A DNA stretch of 64,000 nucleotides from an uncultured delta proteobacterium (GTDB taxonomy: Bacteria > Desulfobacterota > Binatia > Binatales > Binataceae). The stretch is from positions 864,001 through 928,000 of the forward strand of contig CAVRVY010000003.1 in the NCBI GenBank assembly GCA_963724765.1. The letters run 5' to 3'. Under the pieces are notes generated by a model that was not told the DNA's origin, ran no database searches, and worked only from the letters and a program-made list of their open reading frames with translations. Position numbers and translations under genes: made by a program. Below, one piece after another: positions 39,482 through 47,948 of this stretch; the first letter of the stretch is position 1; the number at the start of each line of letters is the position of its first letter.

Positions 39482-40654
39482 TCACGCTTGTTTCAGTTGT
39501 TCGTGCACGCGAGGCAAGACGCGCTTCCCATAGAATTCGATCACCCGCCTTTGATCGGACTGGCCGGAATGGACGTTTACGATAGTCGCACCGGCGTTGA
39601 ATAGGTCGACCAGCGCTTTTACATGAACATCAGGATCAGTGCTTACTGGCCATTTGCTGTAAATCTGTTGCAGCGGAAGCTCGGAGGCCGCTCGCTTTTC
39701 AATCTCTTGCTGGTCGCGAATGTTAAAGTAACTTCTGAAGGCTTTAGGTAAGAATCGCCATAGTTTGGCCGAAGTCTCCGCATCCTTCTCGTCGCCCACC
39801 ACCACAAACTGCTCTACCAGCACCGGCATTTGCCGAGAGTCTTTGCCTGCAGCTTTCGCGCCGTTCTCGAAGTCCGCCTTGTGCTGCTTCCAAGTATCCG
39901 GATCGGTGATAAGTCCGTCGCCATACTGCCCGGAACGACGCATCGCTTTCGGCCCTACATTCGCCGCCATCAGGAGAGGAATTTGTTCTGCAGGCGGATC
40001 GTATAATTTCGCATTGACGTCGTAATACTTGCCGCGGTGAATCACCTGCTCTCCGGTCCACATCCGGCGTATGACTTCTGATGCTTCAACCAGCCGCTCT
40101 GAGCGTTCGGGCCATTTTGGCCACGATCCTGTCGCTGCTTGCTCATTCAATGCCTCACCCGAGCCGATACCCAGAAATATTCGTCCCGGATAAAGCAAAC
40201 TCAATGAGGCAAAAGCTTCAGCAACAACGGCAGGATTGTAGCGGAGGGTCGGGCAAGTCACCGTCGGTCCAATCCAGACGCGGCGGGTACGTTGGCCGAG
40301 CGCGCTCATAGTAACCCAGGCTTGTCCCGCGTGGCGCTCGTTAGATTGCCAGGGTTGAAGATGATCGCTGGTAGCTAGGAGATCGAACCCAGCCTGCTCA
40401 GCGGCCACTCCTAACTCTACAAGGTCAGTAACGGGAAATTGCTCGTGAGCTAGCATGAAGCCCACCATACTTTTATTTATGGCACAAGTGGTGCCTCGGG
40501 GTCCGGATGAGAGGGACGAACCAGTAGACATATTTGAAGCAAATGCCGGCGTTGTGGACGCGAGCGCTGAGGTACCGGCGATTAGGCCGGCAGCTTTCAG
40601 CAGAGTGCGTCGAGTTGGGTCGCCTAAACTCCTTTCAGTTTTGGACAATTTCAT
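39482..40654 (-). CDS. Fgd-like F420-dependent dehydrogenase with Tat signal
   Basis: AHEQF, SDHLQPW, VTCPTLRYNPA, GSGEALNE; N-terminal TRRTLLK..AFA. Confidence 0.85.
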   Translation of the reverse strand: MKLSKTERSLGDPTRRTLLKAAGLIAGTSALASTTPAFASNMSTGSSLSSGPRGTTCAINKSMVGFMLAHEQFPVTDLVELGVAAEQAGFDLLATSDHLQPWQSNERHAGQAWVTMSALGQRTRRVWIGPTVTCPTLRYNPAVVAEAFASLSLLYPGRIFLGIGSGEALNEQAATGSWPKWPERSERLVEASEVIRRMWTGEQVIHRGKYYDVNAKLYDPPAEQIPLLMAANVGPKAMRRSGQYGDGLITDPDTWKQHKADFENGAKAAGKDSRQMPVLVEQFVVVGDEKDAETSAKLWRFLPKAFRSYFNIRDQQEIEKRAASELPLQQIYSKWPVSTDPDVHVKALVDLFNAGATIVNVHSGQSDQRRVIEFYGKRVLPRVHEQLKQA

Positions 40655-40739
40655 TTGATCGCCTTTATACGCGCTGCTTACAGATATTTTCTCTGAAGCC
40701 CGATTTAAGGTGCGGGAATTTGCACGAGCTCCTTCGCCT

Positions 40740-40950
40740 GTGGGGGACTGATCGGTATGAATCGTGGCGAGGGGACGAGGTGGATCGTTGTCACTGTCGG
40801 GTCCAGTGTTCACGTTGAGTGTCACGAGCTGCGCGAGCCTGACCTGGGGTCCACGACCTTGACGTTAAACTCCAGCGCCACGTTGGGGGGCACCAGAATG
40901 TGCTTAGCGACGAGAATCTTGCCGCCGGGCTACCATCCAAGGCGCGATCT
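40740..40950 (-). pseudogene. Possible multicopper-oxidase domain fragment
   Basis: Frameshifted ALDG.P...HILVPP...EF...AQLVTLNVNTGPDSDNDPPRPLATI, recognised by eye. Confidence 0.35.
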
Positions 40951-41453
40951 TAGCGGCGATAATTACAGTCGCTCCAGGAGGCTATTTTTGGCAGGCGGCG
41001 CGGCGGCAGCCATAATGACGTTCGTAAAGCCAATTTTGTGCCATGGCTACAGCTTTTGATGACCAGGGTTGAACGTTCTTAAATGCTCCAAGGCATGAAA
41101 AAATGCTTGTCCAAGCCCTCTGGTTATCACGCGACATGGAGGGTCTTACAATGACCTCTGTAATCATTCCATCGGCCGTACCTGTCGAACAATCGATATG
41201 TAGCAGCAAATGATGTACGTCTCTTTAACGACGAGAGCCTGAGGTTGCCACTACAAAGGCAACTCTGTTTCCGGGCTCGCACTAAAGACTGCTAAAGCAG
41301 ACAGGTCTGCACGGTGTGAGGCGATTGTTGAAGGCCGCCAGCCCCTGGATTTGACCGTCATAGCCCTCACCCGACGGATCGATCTTCCGCTACTCTGGAG
41401 CGCGCAGGAACAGGCGCTCGGTCTCCGCTAGTCACGCCCGTTAGGATCGAGAT

Positions 41454-41750
41454 CTACGTCCGCTCTGAAGCGATTTTCTGAAGCAACGCGGCGAGAGCCT
41501 CCGGCGCCGTGACATGAGGCGAATGGCTGGCGTCGATCTCGTAGTAGCGCCAGCCAGGCTCGTGCCTGGCGCGTTCGGCAAATTGGCGGAAAGGGTCTCC
41601 GGGCGCGACGCGTGTGCAATAGACGAAGCTGCGCGGCAGGACCAGCTCACCGTTGCGCAGCCGCAGCGGCGTCTCGGCGCACTTGACCGATTGTGGCAGA
41701 CGACGAGGCAGAATCCATTTCAGATCCGCCTCGGAGGTGTCCGGCGGGCC
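41454..41750 (-). pseudogene. C-terminal fragment of an alpha/beta hydrolase
   Basis: LPRSFVYCT, GWRYYEIDASHSPHVTAPEALAALL; the nucleophile-containing N-terminal half is missing. Confidence 0.7.
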
Positions 41751-41770
41751 ACCTCTATCTGAACCTTTCT

Positions 41771-41806
41771 CTGTGTACCACTTTGCGACCTGCCTGCTAT
41801 CGTGAG
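41771..41806 (-). promoter_or_regulatory. Conserved bipartite motif, copy 3
   Basis: + strand ctgtgtacca-ctttgcgacctgcct-gctatcgtgag matches both boxes with a spacer 1 nt shorter. Confidence 0.6.
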
Positions 41807-42365
41807 CAACCGGTTTAGCCGCGCCGTACAACGGATCATGCAAGGTCACCGGGATTTCGCGGCCCGTGAGCCTCGCATCGCCACGCTGAACACCGCCCGC
41901 GTAAACTCCTCGATGAACATTGTTTCTCCACCGTGCGCTCGATTACCGCCGCGACGTGCGGCATACGCTTTGCGAATAAAGCGTCCCCGCGGAAGTCATC
42001 CCGCTAACCGGGTTAGTTATCAGCCTGTTCTGCGTCTGGACCACCGGCTATGGTCGGTGCGCGGCCCATGAGGAAGCGGCGCGCCCTCTGATGATCAATG
42101 CTTTGGCGCATCGACTCTTTGGAGCGCGCTCCCGGTTCTGAAGCCCGCTATTCGGCGCAAAATCGAGCGGATACCTGGCAACGCCGCAGCACACCAACCG
42201 ATCGCGGCGCAATTTACGCTATTAAATGGAATTTCCTTCGAATAACAGGAACCGCTTTCAACTTCATTCGATAGCTAGCCTAGGCGATCACGTTCGCACC
42301 TTCCAGCGCGGTTCAAGCTTTGATAAGCTGCCGCGGCACGATATCAAGAAGAGACGACGTCGAGG

Positions 42366-43094
42366 TCACATAGCGTTCTGAAGGATTGGGTCAATTGTCA
42401 TAAGTACCGCCTGAAGTGACCGCAGATGTTCTCCGCGCACTACCTGCGCGGCTTTCTTCCCCCAAAATACGATATCTCGTCTATCTCCCTCCGACATGCT
42501 GGTGTACCGCGGGTCAAAAGAATGGATGTCTTTCGCTATATGTGCCGCTATCCCCGCGTTCATGCCTATTGTTGCCGCTTGATCAGCTAGTTTCGTGCCA
42601 CACCACATGATCTGAAAGTACGCAGACCATTGGCGACCGGTAATACCCTCCGCAACCTCACGGAACAATGCCGCCGTCCAGTGTTTGGTACGCAGTTCAA
42701 CGTGTTGCGGGCCAACGGCTTCGATCAAGTCTTTGACAACTACCGATATTGTCTCTCTCGGAAGATCCGCTCTCAAGAGAGCATGAAAGAACAGGTTCTG
42801 AAGAATGAGCTGCGTACAGGGTCCAAGCCGATTGGGATCGGGAAGATATGTGCATTCGCTATCGCTGAGGTCATCGCACAGGTTGCCAGCACAGAAATTG
42901 AAATAACTAGCCACCGACCGTGCCAATATCGTCTCGGGCGGGAGCCCAGCATCTGCGCCCATTTCATAAAGAACCTCAAGTGGTCCCGGTCTTCCTGCTT
43001 CGAGAGCAGCGAGAAGGTCCGCTTGGCTAACCTCGGGCAGAGACTGTCGAGCCAATATGCGCAGCGCCTCTTGAAAGACCGCTCCTCCACTCAT
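42366..43094 (-). CDS. Class I isoprenoid-synthase-fold protein (ComQ-like prenyltransferase candidate)
   Basis: NLCDDLSDSE (DDxxD), GPQHVEL (GQ..D/E-like), degenerate second motif GIAAHIAKDIHS; all-helical pattern. Confidence 0.65.
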   Translation of the reverse strand: MSGGAVFQEALRILARQSLPEVSQADLLAALEAGRPGPLEVLYEMGADAGLPPETILARSVASYFNFCAGNLCDDLSDSECTYLPDPNRLGPCTQLILQNLFFHALLRADLPRETISVVVKDLIEAVGPQHVELRTKHWTAALFREVAEGITGRQWSAYFQIMWCGTKLADQAATIGMNAGIAAHIAKDIHSFDPRYTSMSEGDRRDIVFWGKKAAQVVRGEHLRSLQAVLMTIDPILQNAM

Positions 43095-43129
43095 AGCCTG
43101 TCACCTGCTCAAAAGGCTTAGATCGCCAT

Positions 43130-43438
43130 TTAACCCTCCATAACAATATTATGAGGGTGACCTGCATTAATGGAATTGATCGCCTTTATAGAGAGCTGCT
43201 CAGTTTGCTGCAAAGCTGCCACGTTAGCCGCATGTCCAGCTGCGATGGTCAGCGTTCCCGGTACATTTCCTTTCACACTGCCTCCGCTTAGTACGTGATA
43301 TACAGCGTCAAACAAAAGTCTCACCGTGGGGTTGACAGCCCTGTCACCCACAGGTCCTTGTAAAAGACCCGAAGCAAGTAGCTGTTGCAGATACGCGATA
43401 CTATCTGCCGAAACTTTGACATCGACCACATTAAACAT
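43130..43438 (-). CDS. Hypothetical 102-aa protein
   Basis: Strong GGGAGG RBS; 35 nt upstream of the DDxxD gene. Confidence 0.75.
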   Translation of the reverse strand: MFNVVDVKVSADSIAYLQQLLASGLLQGPVGDRAVNPTVRLLFDAVYHVLSGGSVKGNVPGTLTIAAGHAANVAALQQTEQLSIKAINSINAGHPHNIVMEG

Positions 43439-43576
43439 GACTATTCCTCCCTTGGTTCCCTAGTATTCAAGGCATTTTGCTAGGCCTACTATAGGCTGAA
43501 GTTCACGCTCGTTGACTGGTTGTACTCGTTTTGTGGTACCACTGCTATCTCATCGGATAGTCTTCATAGAGTTATC

Positions 43577-43900
43577 TTAGTGACGATTCTCAACATCGAG
43601 ATTTGCAGCTATCCTCGTCGAGCCTACTAGATCACGGAACAGGACAGATAAATCACCCTCGGTAGTCTGAGAGTCGAGCGCGGCTGAGCTGTTTGGCTCT
43701 GGAGAAGCATGCCGCCTGTTTGCTCGGCTTAGCGGTGCCGCACCGAGCGGAACGACGCAGTCGTCGCAGGACGTGGCGGTCATCCGAATCGCTGCCGCGC
43801 AGCCAGGACACCGCACTAGGAGGGAACCTGAGCACTTAGCACAAAACTTCGCCGTCTCGTGATTCTCAGAACCAAAACCCGCGCAACGCACCGTATACAT
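43577..43900 (-). pseudogene. Truncated zinc ribbon - cyclase gene, paralog of 29483..32806
   Basis: RCAGFGSENHETAKFCAKC...LSVLFRDLVGSTRIAANLD then stop; one cysteine lost. Confidence 0.85.
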
Positions 43901-43912
43901 GCGTCCGTCTAA

Positions 43913-43956
43913 TCAGCCGTTGTGTACCATGTTTACGACCTAACGGCTATCGCGAG
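43913..43956 (-). promoter_or_regulatory. Conserved bipartite motif, copy 2
   Basis: 37/44 identical to 32828..32871; same position relative to the cyclase start. Confidence 0.7.
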
Positions 43957-44214
43957 GGATAGAAGTGACGCCGCAGCCGCAGACAACTCTTAGCCGGAGC
44001 TGACCAGCGATCTCCTGCGTGGCCCGCCAATCGAGCCCCCCTGTTTTCAGCGCCATAGGCGAGCCCCGTTCTCTATAGCCCTCTACCCCCCCCCCACTGT
44101 TCCTCTCCAAAGTTCCCAAGAATTCCCCCGCGCTAGGCGTGTGGATCTCGGGTAGATCCTGCATGCGTGGAATCCGATCGACGGGCAAGGAATGCGACGT
44201 TCGAGCGAATCTCC

Positions 44215-44374
44215 ATGGACCTAGCAAAATCGCGGGCGGATAACTTTCGCTTTATTCCAGCGGAATGGCGCCGTAAGAGGCGTTCTCCGGGTCCCCTCCC
44301 GATCGCAAATCGCGCGCACACGAGCGGATTTCGATCGATTCTCTGACATGTCCGAAATCCTGGAGACTGGAGTG
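44215..44374. repeat. tRNA-end-associated repeat, copy 2
   Basis: 28 bp identical to 32889..32916, with similarity continuing to the tRNA 3' end. Confidence 0.7.
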
Positions 44375-44447
44375 TGGAGCAGAAGGGATTTGAACCCTCG
44401 ACCCCCACGTTGCGAACGTGGTGCTCTCCCAGCTGAGCTACTGCCCC
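44375..44447 (-). tRNA. tRNA-Ala(CGC)
   Basis: GGGGCAGTAGCTCAGCTGGGAGAGCACCACGTTCGCAACGTGGGGGTCGAGGGTTCAAATCCCTTCTGCTCCA; G3:U70 pair, anticodon CGC, CCA not encoded. Confidence 0.96.
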
Positions 44448-44463
44448 ACCGCAGAAGGGAATT

Positions 44464-45330
44464 CTACGCCGAAATCACTGTTTTCAAATAGGCCCGCAAC
44501 CTATCAGCGAGATCCGGCCGTTTCAAGCCGAAGCCAATCTGCGCGGTGATCAGACCCAGACGGTCGCCCAGGTCATAGCGCGTACCGGTGAACTCATAGC
44601 CGTACATCGGACGGTGCCGGCAGAGCGCGAGCAGGCCGTCGGTGAGTTGGATCTCACCACCGGCGCCGGGCTTGCCCTCGGCGAGCAGGCTGAAAATCTC
44701 TGGCGTGAGGACGTAGCGGCCGACGATCGCAAAATCGCTCGGCGCCTTCGACGGCTCCGGCTTCTCCACCATCCCGGTCAACCGATGCAACCGCTCGCCG
44801 GCGGACGAAGCTTCGACAATCCCGTATTTCGAGATGTCCTGTGGCGCAACGCGCATCAGCGCGACCACTGGCGCCTCGCGCGCCTCGGCGATGTCGAGCA
44901 GTTGGCGCAGGCAGGGCGGCTCGGAGTCAAAAATATCGTCGGGCAAAAGCACCGCGAATGGCTCGGCGCCTATCGCCTCGCGCGCCTGCAGGACAGCGTG
45001 GCCGAGGCCCATCGGCCGAATCTGCTCGGCGCGCGTAATAAGCGCCATCGTGGCGATCGAACGGACCGTGTCGAGAAGATCGCGCTTGCCGCGCTCTTCG
45101 AGGTGACGCTCCAAATCGGGGACCGGCCCGAAATGGTCGAGCACCAGCGAGCGCCCGGGCGCGACCACGATGACGATTTCCTCGATCCCGGAAGCAATCG
45201 CCTCTTCGACCACGACCTGGATCGCAGGGCGGTCAACGACCGGCAAAATTTCCTTGGGGACAACGCGGGTGGCAGGCAACATGCGCGTGCCAAGCCCGGC
45301 CGCCACCACCACGGCCTTGCGAACTTTCAT
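44464..45330 (-). CDS. galU: UTP--glucose-1-phosphate uridylyltransferase
   Basis: AAGLGTRMLPAT..PKEILP, GLGHAV, VEKP, GEIQLTD. Confidence 0.93.
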   Translation of the reverse strand: MKVRKAVVVAAGLGTRMLPATRVVPKEILPVVDRPAIQVVVEEAIASGIEEIVIVVAPGRSLVLDHFGPVPDLERHLEERGKRDLLDTVRSIATMALITRAEQIRPMGLGHAVLQAREAIGAEPFAVLLPDDIFDSEPPCLRQLLDIAEAREAPVVALMRVAPQDISKYGIVEASSAGERLHRLTGMVEKPEPSKAPSDFAIVGRYVLTPEIFSLLAEGKPGAGGEIQLTDGLLALCRHRPMYGYEFTGTRYDLGDRLGLITAQIGFGLKRPDLADRLRAYLKTVISA

Positions 45331-45416
45331 AGGATGCCTCGGGAGTCGGAATGCCTGCGGGAATGCCTGGGGATGTGCAGGGGTGGTCTGTCAGTGGGCT
45401 TGCGACGAGGCCGGAT

Positions 45417-45785
45417 TTAGCGGGCGGAACCTTGACGCTCGCGCGCTTCCTGTGCCGACTTACAGGTGATGCAGAGCGTGGTCACCGGGCGCGCCTTGAG
45501 CCGTTCAATCCCGATTTGCCCTCCGCATTCGTCGCATTGGCCATAGACGCCGCCGTCGATTCGGGCAAAGGCCTCGTCAATCTTGCTCAAAAGCTTGCGC
45601 TCGCGGTCGCGCATACGCAGCAAAAAGGCCCGGTCGGACTCCAGCGACGCGCGATCCGAGGGATCTGCGCAGGCTTCCTGAGCTTTGGTGTTAAGGGTGC
45701 CGAGCGCGCGCTCGGCTTCCTCCAGAATCTCGCTTCTGCGGTCCTCGAGCAGGCGGCGGAAGAAATTCAGATCCCTTTGCCTCAT
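45417..45785 (-). CDS. dksA: RNA polymerase-binding protein DksA
   Basis: DPSDRA coiled-coil tip; C4 zinc finger CDEC...RLKARPVTTLCITC. Confidence 0.88.
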   Translation of the reverse strand: MRQRDLNFFRRLLEDRRSEILEEAERALGTLNTKAQEACADPSDRASLESDRAFLLRMRDRERKLLSKIDEAFARIDGGVYGQCDECGGQIGIERLKARPVTTLCITCKSAQEARERQGSAR

Positions 45786-45901
45786 AATAACGGGGCGCGA
45801 GAAAGACCTTCAGATTCTACTTACGCCCTACTGTCATGTAAACAGGGCGCGGCATAAACTCGAATTCGGCCCTCCGCTCTTTTATATCTATATCTGGATA
45901 T

Positions 45902-47083
45902 ATGAAATCAGCTTTTCTCGACGCGTTTTCCGGGCTGAGCGGTGACATGATCGTGGGCGCGATGCTGGACGCGGGCGCAGGCTTCGATGAGTTGCGGGCG
46001 GCGCTCGCGTCGTTACCGCTCGACGGCTATCGCCTGGCCGCGCGGCGTAAGCTCGTAAGCGGCATTTCGGCCCTGAAATTTGACGTGGAAGTCAGCGCGA
46101 CGCAGCCCGAGCGCCACCTCAAGGACATACGCGAGATCGTCCGACACGCCTCGACGCTCTCCAGTATCGTCAAGGATCGCGCGATGGCGATTTTCGGCGT
46201 GCTGGCCGAGGCCGAAGCGAAAATCCATCATACGACTCCCGAGGAAGTTCATTTCCACGAGGTCGGCGCGGTCGACTCGATTATCGACATCGTGGCCGCG
46301 GCCTGGGGCTTCGAGCGGCTCGAACTGGGTGAAATGATAGTCTCGCCGCTGCCGGCGGGTAGCGGTTTCGTCCGATCGCAACACGGCATCATCCCGGTTC
46401 CCGCGCCCGCGACGGCGGAACTGCTGGCCGGTTTTCCGATGCGCATGGGCGATGGCTCGTCCGAGATGGTTACGCCGACCGGCGCCGCAATTCTGCGCGC
46501 GCTCGCCACACCGGCGCCGCCCGCGATGGGCTTTCGCGTCGAGCGCGTCGGCTATGGCGCGGGCACCAGGGATTTCGCCGATCGGCCCAACGTGCTGCGC
46601 CTGATGGTCGGCGAACGCACGCAAACCTACGAAACTGACGAACTCGTCGAGATCGCGGCTAACATCGACGACCTCAATCCGCAAATCTACGACCACGTGG
46701 TCGAGCGGCTGTTCGAGACCGGCGCGCGTGACGTAACACTGACGCCTACCATCATGAAAAAAGGCCGCCCCGCGGTGACCATCTCCGTGCTCGCCGAGCC
46801 GTCGGCGCGGGAGCAGATCGCCGCGGTGCTCTTCGCCGAAACTTCGACTATCGGACTGCGATATCATCCGGTCGCCCGCCTCAAGCTAGCGCGTGAAATC
46901 AGGGAGATAGACACGCGGTGGGGCCGCGTGCGAGTGAAGCTCTCGCGCGGTGGCGATACGGTGACCGTGTCGCCAGAGTACGAAGACTGCAAGCGTATCG
47001 CGCACGAACATCAGGTCGCGCTCCGGCTGGTTCTCGAACAGGCGCTGGCCGCCGCGCGCCGGCAGATATCCGGAGATGACTGA
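45902..47083 (+). CDS. larC: Nickel pincer cofactor biosynthesis protein LarC
   Basis: SGLSGDM, HFHEVGAVDSIID, HG.IPVPAPAT, NIDD, MKKGRP, PEYEDC. Confidence 0.93.
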   Translation: MKSAFLDAFSGLSGDMIVGAMLDAGAGFDELRAALASLPLDGYRLAARRKLVSGISALKFDVEVSATQPERHLKDIREIVRHASTLSSIVKDRAMAIFGVLAEAEAKIHHTTPEEVHFHEVGAVDSIIDIVAAAWGFERLELGEMIVSPLPAGSGFVRSQHGIIPVPAPATAELLAGFPMRMGDGSSEMVTPTGAAILRALATPAPPAMGFRVERVGYGAGTRDFADRPNVLRLMVGERTQTYETDELVEIAANIDDLNPQIYDHVVERLFETGARDVTLTPTIMKKGRPAVTISVLAEPSAREQIAAVLFAETSTIGLRYHPVARLKLAREIREIDTRWGRVRVKLSRGGDTVTVSPEYEDCKRIAHEHQVALRLVLEQALAAARRQISGDD

Positions 47084-47729
47084 GGACCGGCTGCGCATCA
47101 ACGAGATCTTTTTCAGCATCCAGGGCGAATCGACCTGGGCGGGGCGTCCTTGCGCCTTCGTGCGGCTCACCGGATGCGATTTGCGCTGCTCGTGGTGCGA
47201 CACCGAGTACGCATTTCATGAGGGGCGCTCGATGGCGGTCGAGGAGGTCGCCGCGCAGCTCCAGGGCTACGGATGCGATCTGGTCGAGGTGACCGGCGGC
47301 GAGCCGCTCTTGCAGGCTGCCGTTCATCCGCTCATCGCGCGCCTGCTGGAGGCCGGCATCACGGTGCTGGTGGAAACTTCGGGCGCCAGCGACGTGAGTC
47401 GGCTGGATGCGCGTGCGATCAAAGTGATGGATGTGAAATGCCCGGGCAGTGGGGAAGCGGCGCGCAATTTGTGGAGCAACCTCGAGCATCTGACGCCGCG
47501 TGACGAAGTGAAGTTCGTGATTGCCGATCGCGCCGACTACGAATGGGCGCGCGACGTGGCCCGGCGCAACAACCTCGCGGCGCGCGTCAACGCGGTGCTG
47601 ATGAGCTGCGCGTTCGGGCGGTTGGAGCCGGCGCTGCTGGCCGGATGGATCCTGGCCGATCGTTTGCCGGTACGGATGCAACTCCAGATGCACAAGCATA
47701 TCTGGGCGCCCGACGCGCGCGGCGTTTGA
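47076..47729 (+). CDS. queE: 7-carboxy-7-deazaguanine synthase (radical SAM)
   Basis: EIFFSIQGE, CDLRCSWCD, TGGEP, QMHKHIW. Confidence 0.88.
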   Translation: MTEDRLRINEIFFSIQGESTWAGRPCAFVRLTGCDLRCSWCDTEYAFHEGRSMAVEEVAAQLQGYGCDLVEVTGGEPLLQAAVHPLIARLLEAGITVLVETSGASDVSRLDARAIKVMDVKCPGSGEAARNLWSNLEHLTPRDEVKFVIADRADYEWARDVARRNNLAARVNAVLMSCAFGRLEPALLAGWILADRLPVRMQLQMHKHIWAPDARGV

Positions 47730-47948
47730 ACCAAGGCCGTGGCGATTCCAACGCCGAGGCCGCGTTTTCGAGAATCCGCCAAATCCGGAAAGTCCGGATC
47801 GGACTGATGCTCTCCGCCGCGCTTTTCGCCTCTGGTGTTTTCATTTTTCCACCCAATGTCCGGCTGCGCCGCAAGTCTGCACGACCTCGACGAGCCACGC
47901 GGATAACGCCCCCTTCCTGAGCACGCTCGAGGCGTCGAGCGCGGAGAG

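Larger units (their letters stand above)
27739..44374. mobile_element. Degenerate genomic island at the 3' end of tRNA-Ala
   Basis: Abrupt shift to more AT-rich DNA, IS3 remnant, many gene fragments, right edge abuts the tRNA; no intact integrase; left edge approximate. Confidence 0.75.

Noticed and set aside
43130-43438. Canonical ComX pheromone precursor
   Set aside because: No tryptophan and longer than typical ComX; no ComP/ComA pair nearby
43531-43550. Fourth copy of the bipartite motif (GTGGTACCACTGCTATC)
   Set aside because: Both half-words are present but without the 16-17 nt spacer; may be chance
44085-44097. Poly-C run as a phase-variation tract
   Set aside because: Lies in non-coding island DNA, not within a supported gene or promoter
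45331-45375. GGAATGCCTG direct repeats upstream of galU as a CRISPR or operator array
   Set aside because: Only two to three short copies with no spacers; too weak to call
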